64,000 nt of DNA, from positions 1 through 64,000 of the forward strand of contig JAKFBS010000011.1 of NCBI GenBank assembly GCA_036677065.1. The letters are read 5' to 3'. Numbering within the stretch: position 1 is the first letter of the stretch; each line of letters starts with the position of its first letter. The stretch is from Bdellovibrio sp. (GTDB taxonomy: Bacteria > Bdellovibrionota > Bdellovibrionia > Bdellovibrionales > Bdellovibrionaceae). A model generated the notes under the pieces. It saw only the letters and a program-made list of their open reading frames with translations. It did no database searches and was not told the origin of the DNA. The translations under genes and the position numbers were made by a program. This document shows, one piece after another, positions 10,720-20,600 of this stretch.

Positions 10720-11840
10720 GGATTGTCTCCATACATTAATCCCTGGCCGTTCAGATAAACTCTGAACAACGAAGACGCAGATGGAACAGAAGTGCGCTCC
10801 ATGGGGCTTGCAAGCGAAGCCTGAACAAAATATCTGTTCGAATCAACACAAGGTTCAGCCAATGGCGACATGGGTACACCGCCAGCTAAACAACTTGCCG
10901 AATGAACCGCAGGTGGTTTGAATTCTTGTGAACTGCCGGCAACGAATTCACGAACTCTAAATTGGTAGCGGTCTAACGTACGCACAAAAACATGTTGGGT
11001 TTCTTCAAGCGGAACTGTCGGATTTTTTTTATTAAACATGTTGCGGGCTGTGATATAAATTTCATAAACCGAACTGTCTTCTAAGATGTGATCAGGGCTT
11101 GTGATCCAAAATGGGCTGCTTACGTTACCGATTTCAACAAATGTTGGCTGAGATGTTGAAGACGAAGCCTGGTATGCCGGCATGATACCCGTAAACGCTG
11201 CAGGTTGTAGCGATTGGTCAGTAATTTTTTTATAATATAAATAATATCTGGCTGAAGAGCCGTCCATGTAGTCAGCGTTTGTCCAGTTCACTAAAATAGA
11301 TTTTCTTAAACCTTCTGTGCTAGTGATTCTGAATGGCCCGGGCTTTTCAACACGGCGAACAGTTAACTGAAAACTTGTGCCTACCGTTGACCAGTAATCA
11401 AAAACTTCAACAGTGATAGTAATTTGTTTTGAAGCTGTTACAGACCCCGCAGTCACACTTAATGTACAATTTGGGTATGTTCCGGTCACAACCATATTTT
11501 TCGGGTCAATCACCGTATGTTCAGATGAGCGTGCGGCCACGTTAATACCGCTGCAAAACAGAAATGTATCTGGATCAGAAAGCTGGAACGGCATTGATAC
11601 AGTGTCGTTCTCATCCATTTCTAAATCACTGAACGGAGAAATTGTTGGCGGAGCAGATTCAGTACGCAAACCCGGATTGTATCCAGTTGAGATTTCAGAA
11701 TTTTTTCCGCCAAGTAAATTAAAATTACAACCAGAAATAAAAAATGTTTGCGCTAAAATAAAAAGAGACACAAACGCAGATTTGTTGCATTTGCAATTAT
11801 TAAATAAAAATGAAATGTACTTCATTTTAATTGGCTTCAA
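10716..11840 (-). CDS. Lipoprotein with Ig-like/fibronectin-III-like domains, coupled to the fibre gene
   Basis: Lipobox FISG-C; beta-rich segments (PPTISPFSDLEMDEND, ITITVEVFD, ILVNWTNA...YYLYY); stop overlaps the fibre start codon. Start is TTG 11840 or ATG 11825. Confidence 0.7.
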   Translation of the reverse strand: MKPIKMKYISFLFNNCKCNKSAFVSLFILAQTFFISGCNFNLLGGKNSEISTGYNPGLRTESAPPTISPFSDLEMDENDTVSMPFQLSDPDTFLFCSGINVAARSSEHTVIDPKNMVVTGTYPNCTLSVTAGSVTASKQITITVEVFDYWSTVGTSFQLTVRRVEKPGPFRITSTEGLRKSILVNWTNADYMDGSSARYYLYYKKITDQSLQPAAFTGIMPAYQASSSTSQPTFVEIGNVSSPFWITSPDHILEDSSVYEIYITARNMFNKKNPTVPLEETQHVFVRTLDRYQFRVREFVAGSSQEFKPPAVHSASCLAGGVPMSPLAEPCVDSNRYFVQASLASPMERTSVPSASSLFRVYLNGQGLMYGDNP

Positions 11841-12082
11841 ACTTATTTTCTCTCCCGTAACGTTCCACAGTTTGCGCTTTCTTAAATATTACCATGACTT
11901 AGCACATGGTTTATTTTTAAAGGCATAAATCATGCCTTGTAATTTTTAGGCGTATCAACACGATACACGTACTAACATTTTGTCTTGTTTTGATAATTTT
12001 TTTAAGGGGTACAAATAGAACTAGACATGTTCTAGCCTTAAGAATTAAGACTAGCCTCGACTTTAATGTCTTGATGTATGAC

Positions 12083-13381
12083 TTAATTTGATAGGCTGTC
12101 AGCCTTGATAGAAGCTTCAGACCAGTCTTTAAGCTTCCAAGAATATGTAAAAAGTAATGCTAACTCTTTTGCGTTTTGAGTCTCAATTGAAGTATCTTGA
12201 GATGACATTGAATAACGAACTGTTCCCTTTAAATACTCTTCAATACGATCGTGAGTTACAGAAAATTCTAAACTTTGCCCAGACCCTGCATTAACATCGA
12301 CGTTACTGACTTTAGTCGGGGCCAATGTGAAGTATTTCAATTCAGTATCGAATCTGAATTTACCCGCCTGATGAATCATGTAACTTAAATCGACAAATAA
12401 TGAAGTCACATTCGCCGAATAAACGACGACTCCGCACTGAGAAACATCATTCACAGTACAAATGCTACCTAAGATTAAATTGGCAAAGTTAAATACGTAA
12501 TACAATTTATCAAACTGACGAAGACCTACTCCCATGCCCCAGTTGCCTTTTTCAAAGCGGGCTTCAGCAGATAAACTTGTCAGCAAGCGGTCGCCACCTT
12601 CGATAGGTACACTTTTAATATCCGGCAACATCTGATTATTTTGTAATTCAGCATACAAAACAGTTTTTACATTTTCATTCCAGTAATTATTCCAGCCAAA
12701 ACCCGCGGCTAAATTTAATTTTGAAAGCAGCAACCCATCTTTTTGCGCGCCAGGAGCAGCATTTGAATCCACACCCTCGTAACGATTGTTGTAGCCACCA
12801 AGACTAGTAAAAATTGATGAATAGCGCGTGATACACTCTGATCCCGTCCATTCACCTTCACAAATCATACGGTAACGAAGCGCTTCAGAAATATTATCTT
12901 GCGATTTAGAGCTGGCTTCAACATCTTGGATTTGTTCTTCAGCGGGCTTACCCACGATTTGATTAAAGGTATCGGGCTGAGGCGCCACAGGAACTTCGAC
13001 CGGAGCTTCTGCTCTTACTTCTGTGACGGGTACTTTTTCATCCGTGATTTCACGGTAATCTTTTTCATTCACAACCACTTTAAACGGCGTAACTTCTTGT
13101 TCACAATCAAACGGTAAAGTAATTACCGTGCCTGGGTCGACCAGATCGGGATTTTTAAATTTATTAAACTTAAGAAGAACATTCATCGAGCCTTTGTTAC
13201 CGAACACAGGCTCTAAGCCGAATTTACGCAACACTGCTGCTGGATAATCACCTTTTACCATGCGATATTTTGTAATTTTAACTACAGGAGAACAGACTGG
13301 TATAACAGGAGCTGCTTCGGCCACCACAGATATAAACAAGCCGGCGAGTATAACCCACAGTATCAAACTTCTTCTTCGCAT
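12083..13381 (-). CDS. Secreted protein with N-terminal LysM-like domain and probable C-terminal outer-membrane beta-barrel
   Basis: Signal peptide; YRMVKGD...NKFKNPDLVDPGTVITLP is LysM-like; amphipathic beta strands with an aromatic ending (LLFTYSW). Confidence 0.6.
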   Translation of the reverse strand: MRRRSLILWVILAGLFISVVAEAAPVIPVCSPVVKITKYRMVKGDYPAAVLRKFGLEPVFGNKGSMNVLLKFNKFKNPDLVDPGTVITLPFDCEQEVTPFKVVVNEKDYREITDEKVPVTEVRAEAPVEVPVAPQPDTFNQIVGKPAEEQIQDVEASSKSQDNISEALRYRMICEGEWTGSECITRYSSIFTSLGGYNNRYEGVDSNAAPGAQKDGLLLSKLNLAAGFGWNNYWNENVKTVLYAELQNNQMLPDIKSVPIEGGDRLLTSLSAEARFEKGNWGMGVGLRQFDKLYYVFNFANLILGSICTVNDVSQCGVVVYSANVTSLFVDLSYMIHQAGKFRFDTELKYFTLAPTKVSNVDVNAGSGQSLEFSVTHDRIEEYLKGTVRYSMSSQDTSIETQNAKELALLFTYSWKLKDWSEASIKADSLSN

Positions 13382-13418
13382 TCTTAATTATCTGTTAACA
13401 TTTCGAATTTAATCAACG

Positions 13419-15164
13419 TTATCGGTCGTCTAGACTAGCCGGAAGTCGATTTCCGTTACCGTCTGTTTGTAAGCGCTCTTGCTGAGATTGAAATTTGAAA
13501 TAATCGAATTCTGACTTAATTTTTGCATCAGCTTGCAATGCCGAAGCCTTTTGCTGAAACTGCTGGTTTTTCGAAGTTAAGACATTTCTTTGATAAATTT
13601 CTGCCAAAGATTCGGCAAAAAAAACTTCATTTGGGTCAGCATCATAGAATTCTTCGAATAATTTAACCGCACCGGCCATTTTATCTTGTTGTAATAAAGC
13701 CCAGGCCAATAGCGGTTTGATATTTTTGTTTCTAGTTTTAAGCTCTAATGCTTTTTGGGCCAAGTATTCAAGTTCAGAGTATGGCTTTTTCTTTTCATAC
13801 CATAATTCAGCTAACACCGAATAAATTTCTGAATTTTCAGGATTAATCTTTTGTGCCAATTCAATTTGGCGCTTAAAACTTTTCATATTATTCATTTTAA
13901 AATGAATGTACGCAGCTAAAATTCTTAATTTGTCATCTTGCGGGTAAGATCTGATTCCCTGCTCAATTAAAGCAATTGATTCTACGTATCTTTTGCTCCA
14001 GATCATGTACTGGCCATACTCTTGATATAGCTCTAATGAATCTGGTCGCAATTGATGGGCACGGCGTAAACGATTTAAAGCCAAGTCACTTTGATTGTTT
14101 TTCCATTCTAAACGCGCCAGTTGCACCTGAGCTGTAGGATAATATTCAGACCATGATGCTAAATTTTCTAAAGTGCTTGAAGCTTCGCCGATATCATTTT
14201 GTGCTAAGTGAATTTGCGAAATATAAAAAACTGACTGATCAGATTTTGTGATCTCGTAAAGTTCTTTATACATTTCTTCGGCATTCGAAAAATCACGTTT
14301 TAAAAAAAGCACGTGGGCAATTTTAAATTCGATACCGATCGAATCAGGAAAAATTTCTTTTTGTTTTTTTAATTCAGCAATCGCATCATTATAGGCCCCA
14401 ATGCGAATACAGGCTTGCGATAGACGCTCAGACACATCTAAATCATACGGGTGATACTTAGAAAATTTTATACCTAAGGCATACAGATCTTGCCACTTGC
14501 GCAATTCGTACTGAATTGACGTCATTTTTTTCATCGTCACTAAATCAAATGGCTTTGCCTGTTCTGCGTATTGAAGCTCAATTAAAGCTAATTCGAACTG
14601 ATTTGATCTTTGTAAAACTTCATAGCGGCCTAAATGCACACGAAAGGCTTCTTCGCCGTTTTTTTCTAAGTGATCTAAGTTTAACATCGCTTGATCAAGG
14701 CGCTTCATGTTTAAATTCATCTGATAGATTTTCCATAACGGAAAATTCTCTTTCTTTAATTCATAAAGTCTTTGGTTCACGGCAACGACTTTTTCAAACG
14801 AATCTGCCGATTCGTAAATATCTGAAACTAATTTAAGACGCGGGTATTCTAAATTTACGGCATCTAATTTTTCGAGTTCGATCAAAGCTAAGTTGTTCTG
14901 ATTTTTCTTAAAAAAAGAAACGCTTAACCAATAGCGTGAGTCATTATTATTTGGATCATGCAGTAATGATAATTTAAAATACTCGACAGCTTTGTCATAG
15001 TTATTATCATTTAAAAATCCAAGCCCCACATCTTTGTAATACCCAGTGCGTGTAGAATTTTGTGGAAAAAGATCTGAATAAATCGTCTTCTCAGGAATAA
15101 CCGGTGCCGAGGCACAGCCCCAAACCAAACTACCCAGTATTAATATAGAAAAGATCTTTTTCAT
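13419..15164 (-). CDS. Tetratricopeptide-repeat lipoprotein
   Basis: Lipobox VWG-C; repeated TPR patterns (AVEYFKLSLLHDPNN, ALNRLRRAHQLRPDS, IELAQKINPEN); ends in the RLPAS motif frequent in Bdellovibrio exported proteins. Confidence 0.85.
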   Translation of the reverse strand: MKKIFSILILGSLVWGCASAPVIPEKTIYSDLFPQNSTRTGYYKDVGLGFLNDNNYDKAVEYFKLSLLHDPNNNDSRYWLSVSFFKKNQNNLALIELEKLDAVNLEYPRLKLVSDIYESADSFEKVVAVNQRLYELKKENFPLWKIYQMNLNMKRLDQAMLNLDHLEKNGEEAFRVHLGRYEVLQRSNQFELALIELQYAEQAKPFDLVTMKKMTSIQYELRKWQDLYALGIKFSKYHPYDLDVSERLSQACIRIGAYNDAIAELKKQKEIFPDSIGIEFKIAHVLFLKRDFSNAEEMYKELYEITKSDQSVFYISQIHLAQNDIGEASSTLENLASWSEYYPTAQVQLARLEWKNNQSDLALNRLRRAHQLRPDSLELYQEYGQYMIWSKRYVESIALIEQGIRSYPQDDKLRILAAYIHFKMNNMKSFKRQIELAQKINPENSEIYSVLAELWYEKKKPYSELEYLAQKALELKTRNKNIKPLLAWALLQQDKMAGAVKLFEEFYDADPNEVFFAESLAEIYQRNVLTSKNQQFQQKASALQADAKIKSEFDYFKFQSQQERLQTDGNGNRLPASLDDR

Positions 15165-15172
15165 CACTCTTC

Positions 15173-15199
15173 TATTCGGCCAAAGCCCGACTGGACTGA
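15173..15199 (-). promoter_or_regulatory. Possible sigma-28 (FliA) promoter for the TPR/LysM operon
   Basis: Minus strand TCAG-N15-GCCGAATA versus consensus TAAA-N15-GCCGATAA, immediately upstream of the start. Confidence 0.45.
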
Positions 15200-15280
15200 A
15201 CTAGGCTGTTGTCTAGTTAGTGGTCCAGATCTTGTAGTATCTCACCTTGTGACGTTTATAAACTAAACAAAGGATTACTC

Positions 15281-15733
15281 ATGAAAAAGATGTTAACCAT
15301 TTTAAGCCTAGTGTCGATTTCTTTAACAGCATTCGGTAAAGAGAAGTGCGTGTCTGCTGACATTTTGACAGAGCAACAACGCATTAACCAAACTGAAGGT
15401 CTTAGCGATGAATCGCGCAGATTCTTATTAAACGGCACCTTCAGCCTTAAGATGGTTCAAATCCTGGCTTGCACAAGCATGAAGAAAAAGATCAGTAAAG
15501 CTGATTCTGAATTCGCAGTAGCCTATATGGAAGACGATGCTAAAACTAAAATCGCTAAACTTGAACGTGATGCTGAATACATGCAAACGGCTTTAAACGA
15601 CCAAGAAACTAACGATATCATCCGCACTGTTTACACAAAAAGCTTAGAGTTGATTCCACAAGAAATTGAGCGCGAAAAACAAACTACTCAAGCGATCATT
15701 AAAGACATCAAAAAATTAACGAGAAATTTTTAA
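15281..15733 (+). CDS. Hypothetical secreted helical protein
   Basis: SD AAGGA upstream, Sec signal MKKMLTILSLVSISLTAFG, 150 aa. Confidence 0.7.
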   Translation: MKKMLTILSLVSISLTAFGKEKCVSADILTEQQRINQTEGLSDESRRFLLNGTFSLKMVQILACTSMKKKISKADSEFAVAYMEDDAKTKIAKLERDAEYMQTALNDQETNDIIRTVYTKSLELIPQEIEREKQTTQAIIKDIKKLTRNF

Positions 15734-15776
15734 ATTGCAGGCGCCAACGATCGCAGTGACTGCTGGCGCTAAAATC

Positions 15777-16775
15777 TTAAAATAATTCCGCACAGGCTGC
15801 TTCGACGTTACCTTCAACTAAGTTCTGCACTTGCGAAAGCATTGCATCACACGAGCCCACCACTTGCGCTGTCTGGCGGTTTAACGGCCCGAAATGCGCT
15901 CGTAGAAGGCGAATTAAAGTCATTGTGTATTCAGTCGCAAAGGCTGGGCAACGTTTAACAAAAGTTTGGTAATCGGCTCCCGCACCGGTTCCTAAAATCG
16001 ATCGCGCTGTACAAGTTACGCCTTCTTTGAAGGTGGCCAACAGACAACGGCTTTCGTCAGCTTTATATTCGTCATAAAGTTTTTTTAGTTCAGTCGATGC
16101 ATTCATTGAATTGTAACTGGCTTGAAATAATCCAGCTTCTGCTTCTGCAGAGGTTCGATCGGTTCCAGCGGCAGTGTCATAACCTTCGCAATACTTGCCT
16201 GAACTTTCACGCATACCTAAACCCATGCCGATCACATAAGTTGCATGCAGTGGTTCATCCCCTGTAGAGCTAATGCGAAGACCAGAGTTGGCTAAAATAC
16301 TAGAGTAATGCGCAAGCACATCTTTAGCCGCATCTCCTGAACTTGGCGCCGCTAAAATCGCAGCTGCAGGCTTTACAGGGTTAGCGCGAATACGACATAA
16401 ACTGCGGGCATAACTTAAAGCCATTCCTTTAATGTAAGCCGCAGGCGCGCGACCGCGGTCTATCCAAGAAGTTTGCGCGCAACTTGATTTCGCGGCGATA
16501 TCTTTAATTGAAGCTGTGTATCCAGAGCTCGGAGCCGGGGTCGGCGTTGGTAAGGGAGTGGGCGTTGGAGTTGGAGTTGGGGTCGGTGTTACGACAGGTG
16601 GTTGCGATACTGTTGGAGTACCGGATACTGAAGTTGAGTTATTGTCATCAGTTGAAGACGAAGGACTAGTTACAGACGATAGGTCTGGGGTTAGACAGCC
16701 AGATAATAAAAAAGCTGCGATGTAAATTGTTAATGTTTTTACGATTAAATGTTGTTGTTTTGTGCTTTTCTTCAT
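15777..16775 (-). CDS. Lipoprotein with Pro/Thr linker and putative lysozyme-like (lytic transglycosylase/muramidase) domain
   Basis: Lipobox LSG-C; (PT)n linker; GMRESSG and AGLFQASY resemble the catalytic ES and GL(M/F)Q motifs of lysozyme-fold enzymes. Confidence 0.6.
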   Translation of the reverse strand: MKKSTKQQHLIVKTLTIYIAAFLLSGCLTPDLSSVTSPSSSTDDNNSTSVSGTPTVSQPPVVTPTPTPTPTPTPLPTPTPAPSSGYTASIKDIAAKSSCAQTSWIDRGRAPAAYIKGMALSYARSLCRIRANPVKPAAAILAAPSSGDAAKDVLAHYSSILANSGLRISSTGDEPLHATYVIGMGLGMRESSGKYCEGYDTAAGTDRTSAEAEAGLFQASYNSMNASTELKKLYDEYKADESRCLLATFKEGVTCTARSILGTGAGADYQTFVKRCPAFATEYTMTLIRLLRAHFGPLNRQTAQVVGSCDAMLSQVQNLVEGNVEAACAELF

Positions 16776-16981
16776 AGAAAAGCAGTTTCAACTACACGAC
16801 TTAAGAACCGCCACCAGTATGAGTTTCTGGTCTAGTCTAGTTTTTGTGAACTATGAATAAATTCGACTACAGCGTTGTTTATAATTGTGAAAAAAGTTTG
16901 TTTGTCAGTAAGATTGCATTTACTTTTTGCTCGACTAAAGACCATTCAAAAGACAGAAAAAAATTCCGATAGATAAGTACT

Positions 16982-17659
16982 ATGTCAGACATTACAGTAC
17001 TAAAACAGATTACCGATGGTGCCTTTAAGCAAAAAGTTTTCATGAAACTTTTAAATTCAGATGCTTTGATTTTACTTAAAGATAAGTTCGATCGTCACTT
17101 GCCTTTAAAAGTAACTCATGCAGAAAACGAAAAGTTTTACTGTAAAGGTGCCGTGAAACTTGATTTAGATTTTTCTTATTCAGAAACCTACACAGCCCAT
17201 TTCACCGTTGATAACGAAAAGTATTTAATGGAAGCCGTTCCTAAAATGGAAGACGGCCAAGTCGTGTTAAGTCTAAAACGCGTATTTCATTTACAACTTC
17301 GCAAAACTGTTCGCTACAAAGTGCCCCACAATTCACAGATTAAATTATTAATTGGTTCACACAACGAACAAGGCTGTTTAATTAATTGTGAAGTTACAGA
17401 TTTAAATTCATTAGGCTGCTCATTGATCATGAATTCTGCACAGACGGCTTTTCAGGCTGGTGATCTTATCGATGCGACTTTAATCAACGGCAACGATGGT
17501 TCTTTGCAACTGCAAGCTGTGATTAGAAATGTACGCAAACACGGGCCAGAGCAATTTGCGATCGGTGTTGAGTTTCATCACATGTTATATTGCGGCGAAG
17601 AAAAGCTAACTTCAATGATTTCTGAGCTTCATCAAAAAGCACATCTTAAATCATCATAG
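16982..17659 (+). CDS. PilZ-domain (YcgR-like) c-di-GMP receptor protein
   Basis: RKTVR (RxxxR) and DLNSLG (near D/NxSxxG), then AVIRNVR...IGVEF typical of PilZ. Confidence 0.8.
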   Translation: MSDITVLKQITDGAFKQKVFMKLLNSDALILLKDKFDRHLPLKVTHAENEKFYCKGAVKLDLDFSYSETYTAHFTVDNEKYLMEAVPKMEDGQVVLSLKRVFHLQLRKTVRYKVPHNSQIKLLIGSHNEQGCLINCEVTDLNSLGCSLIMNSAQTAFQAGDLIDATLINGNDGSLQLQAVIRNVRKHGPEQFAIGVEFHHMLYCGEEKLTSMISELHQKAHLKSS

Positions 17660-20600
17660 ATTTTTCAGGTACCATTTTTCCATCATTGATTTAATGACTT
17701 CGACCTTTACAGGTTTAGCCAGGTAATCATCCATACCGGCATCAAGACAACGCTGGCGATCTGATTCAAGGGCATAGGCTGTTAAAGCAATAATCGGCGG
17801 AGTTTTAATATTCTCTGCACGCAGCTTGCGACAGGCATCAAAACCATCAACCACAGGCATCTGGCAATCTAAAAAAGCTAAGTCGAATTTTTCTTGCTGG
17901 ATCTTTTCAATAAATTTTTCGCCATTTTCAGTGATCGTCACTTCGCAGTTTAATCCCTCTAACATTTTTCGAATAATCATCTGATTCACCTGATTATCTT
18001 CAGCCACAAGAACTTTAAGCGGGCTGCTCCATTGCAAAGCAAGCTCTTCTTTGACCGTAGTGGATTTCGCAGTTTGTTCGACTTCACGTTTTAAGGTGAT
18101 TTCAAACCAGAATGTTGAACCTTTATCTTTTTCACTATGCAGTCCAATTTCGCCGCCCATGAGTTCGACAAGCTTAGAACAAATTGACAACCCTAAGCCG
18201 GTGCCTGCCGCTTTTTTCTTAGACGAGCCATCTAATTGAGAAAAATTTTGAAACAGCTTTTGAAAATCATCTTCAGCAATTCCACAACCGGTATCAACAA
18301 TTTCTAGCCGATATTGAACATGTTCGGCATTAATTTGATTCGTAACACGCACAAGCACCGAACCTTGATCGGTGAATTTAATCGCATTAGTAATTAAATT
18401 CGCTAAAATTTGACGAATACGTAAAGCATCACCATTGACTTTAATGTTGTCTAATTTCTCAATATCGTGCTGAAGCAAAATATTCTTTTTATCAGCAGAC
18501 ACGCGGTACAAATCACAGCACTGCAGAACAATATCTGAAACCAGCATGGTTTCATTTTGCAAAGTCTGGCGACCTGCTTCGATTTTTGTTAAATCTAAAA
18601 TATCATTCACAATGCGAAGCAGATTTTCAGACGAACTTTCTAAGGCTTCTAAAAAGGTCGTCTGATCTTTTGTCAGCGACGTACCTTTAAGTAATGAAAT
18701 TGTGCCCATCACACCATTTAATGGCGTTCTAATTTCATGCGACATATTGGCTAAAAATTCTGATTTGGCTTTTGAAGCCAGGCTTGCCTGGCGTTCTGCT
18801 TCGATTAATTCCATATTCTTTTGTTCAGTCAGATTAATCGCATTTTTAATACGTAAAGCCAAATCCTGATTTAATAATTGAATCTGAGTATGCTGCTGGC
18901 GCTGTTCGATCGCCGAGGTCACTAGCCTAACCAGTGTTTCGATCTGGCCAGCTTCTTGGATAAATTCGGCATACGATAATTCATCAGCGCAAATTATATA
19001 AATAAAGCCGTACGTATTCGCCTGGCGGCGCACCGGTAAAATCACAATTGTTTCTTGTTCGCGCTGTTTGGCCAAAACCGCTTCACGCAAATTCAGGCTC
19101 TCTTCAAAACAAGCTGTTAATGATTTATAACTTTGTCCTGAAGTTTCCAGAACCGGCAAAAAATCATGCGAAGTATTATTTGAAAAATACTCAACCACGC
19201 CGACACTTCGGCGCAATGAAGATAAATGCGATGTAAAATGATAAAGTTTTTCTAAACCATCACGAGGAGTTTTAATATTTGAAATTTCATTTAAAAAATA
19301 GCCCACTGACTTTTCGTTATGGCTGCGGTTCACATCAGGCAAAATAAAATTATCGGCATCGGTAATTTTATCAATTTCAAAAGCCATCTTACGCTGAACA
19401 TGATCCGGTAAATCCTTGCCCCAGACCTTCCATAACTCGTAAGAATTAACAACTTCCCATTGCGCTTTCTGTTGTACGGCGAAGTCCAGACTTTTTTGTA
19501 ATATCGTCATCGCTTTTTTTCTCTGACCAAGGTAGTACAGGCGATAAGCTTCTTCGCGCAATGCATGAGGTAAGTTGTTTTTATAAAAGCGCGCTTTAAA
19601 TAAACTTTGGCGCGTGTGTTTTTTTAATAATTTAAAGCTTTTTGCAGTTTCTGACGGCGTTAAAAATGTCTGTTGGATTTTTAAACGCAAGATCGTCGCA
19701 GACCATGGCCATAGCGGAGTCACGTACTCTTGGCGAAGCCCTTGGCTGCTTACAATATTTTTGGCATTTTCAATCGCCAGAAGTGCATCATCAAACTTTT
19801 TATGATTTGCTAAGTATGTAGCCTTAGCGATTGATAGTTCGGCTAGAGCATGCGCATCAGTTAACTGCAAACGTTCGATCTTTTCGATCTCATGAATATC
19901 AACTGATTGCCCGTTAGAAGCTTTACCGATAATTCCCAGACAAATCGCAGCACTTTGATTGTCGTTTAAACTTTTTCCGCTGTTAAATATTTTTTGGCTT
20001 TGCGTGATAGCTTCTTTTAAACGTCCTTGGCGGTATAACGAAATAGCCACATGCCAGCCAGCAGTGTTGGCCTCCCACATATCACCTTCTTTAACTAAGG
20101 TGTCATAGGCTTCTGAACAAACTTGTTCAGCTTCCTGATAACGAGAAGATCCGTATAAGCTGGTTCCTAAAAATCCTTTAGATTGGCCCACGCCCCAACG
20201 ACTGTTTAAACTTTCACGAATTTTCATCGATTGGTAAGCATAATTAATCCCACGCTCAAACCATGGAATCATCGTCATGACCGGCGCGTGTTCTGAATAA
20301 GCCTGGGCTTTTTCTAATGAATCAGAAAAATGTTCGACCGCATTTAATTCTTTGATATGAGCCCAACCGCAATAGATAGCACCTTTACCGAACCAATAAC
20401 AATAAGCCAAACGACTGAGCAGCCTTGCCGTTAAAGCATCTTTTCCGGTTATCGCCGGGCGTACGCCGGGTTTTAAAAACAAGGTGTGCCAGGTTTGAAT
20501 CAAAACTTCTTTAAGCAAAAACGCACAGGTCACAACTTTATTTTTTGGCACCGGCACCTGTAGAATGCTTAAAGCTTTTTCAGTCAGGGCTGTGGCCGTT

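Noticed and set aside
16527..16592. Hexamer-like repeats (also 59110-59165 and the CAG/CAA run near 63505-63528) as contingency loci
   Set aside because: Degenerate at synonymous positions; they simply encode Pro/Thr linkers and poly-Gln.
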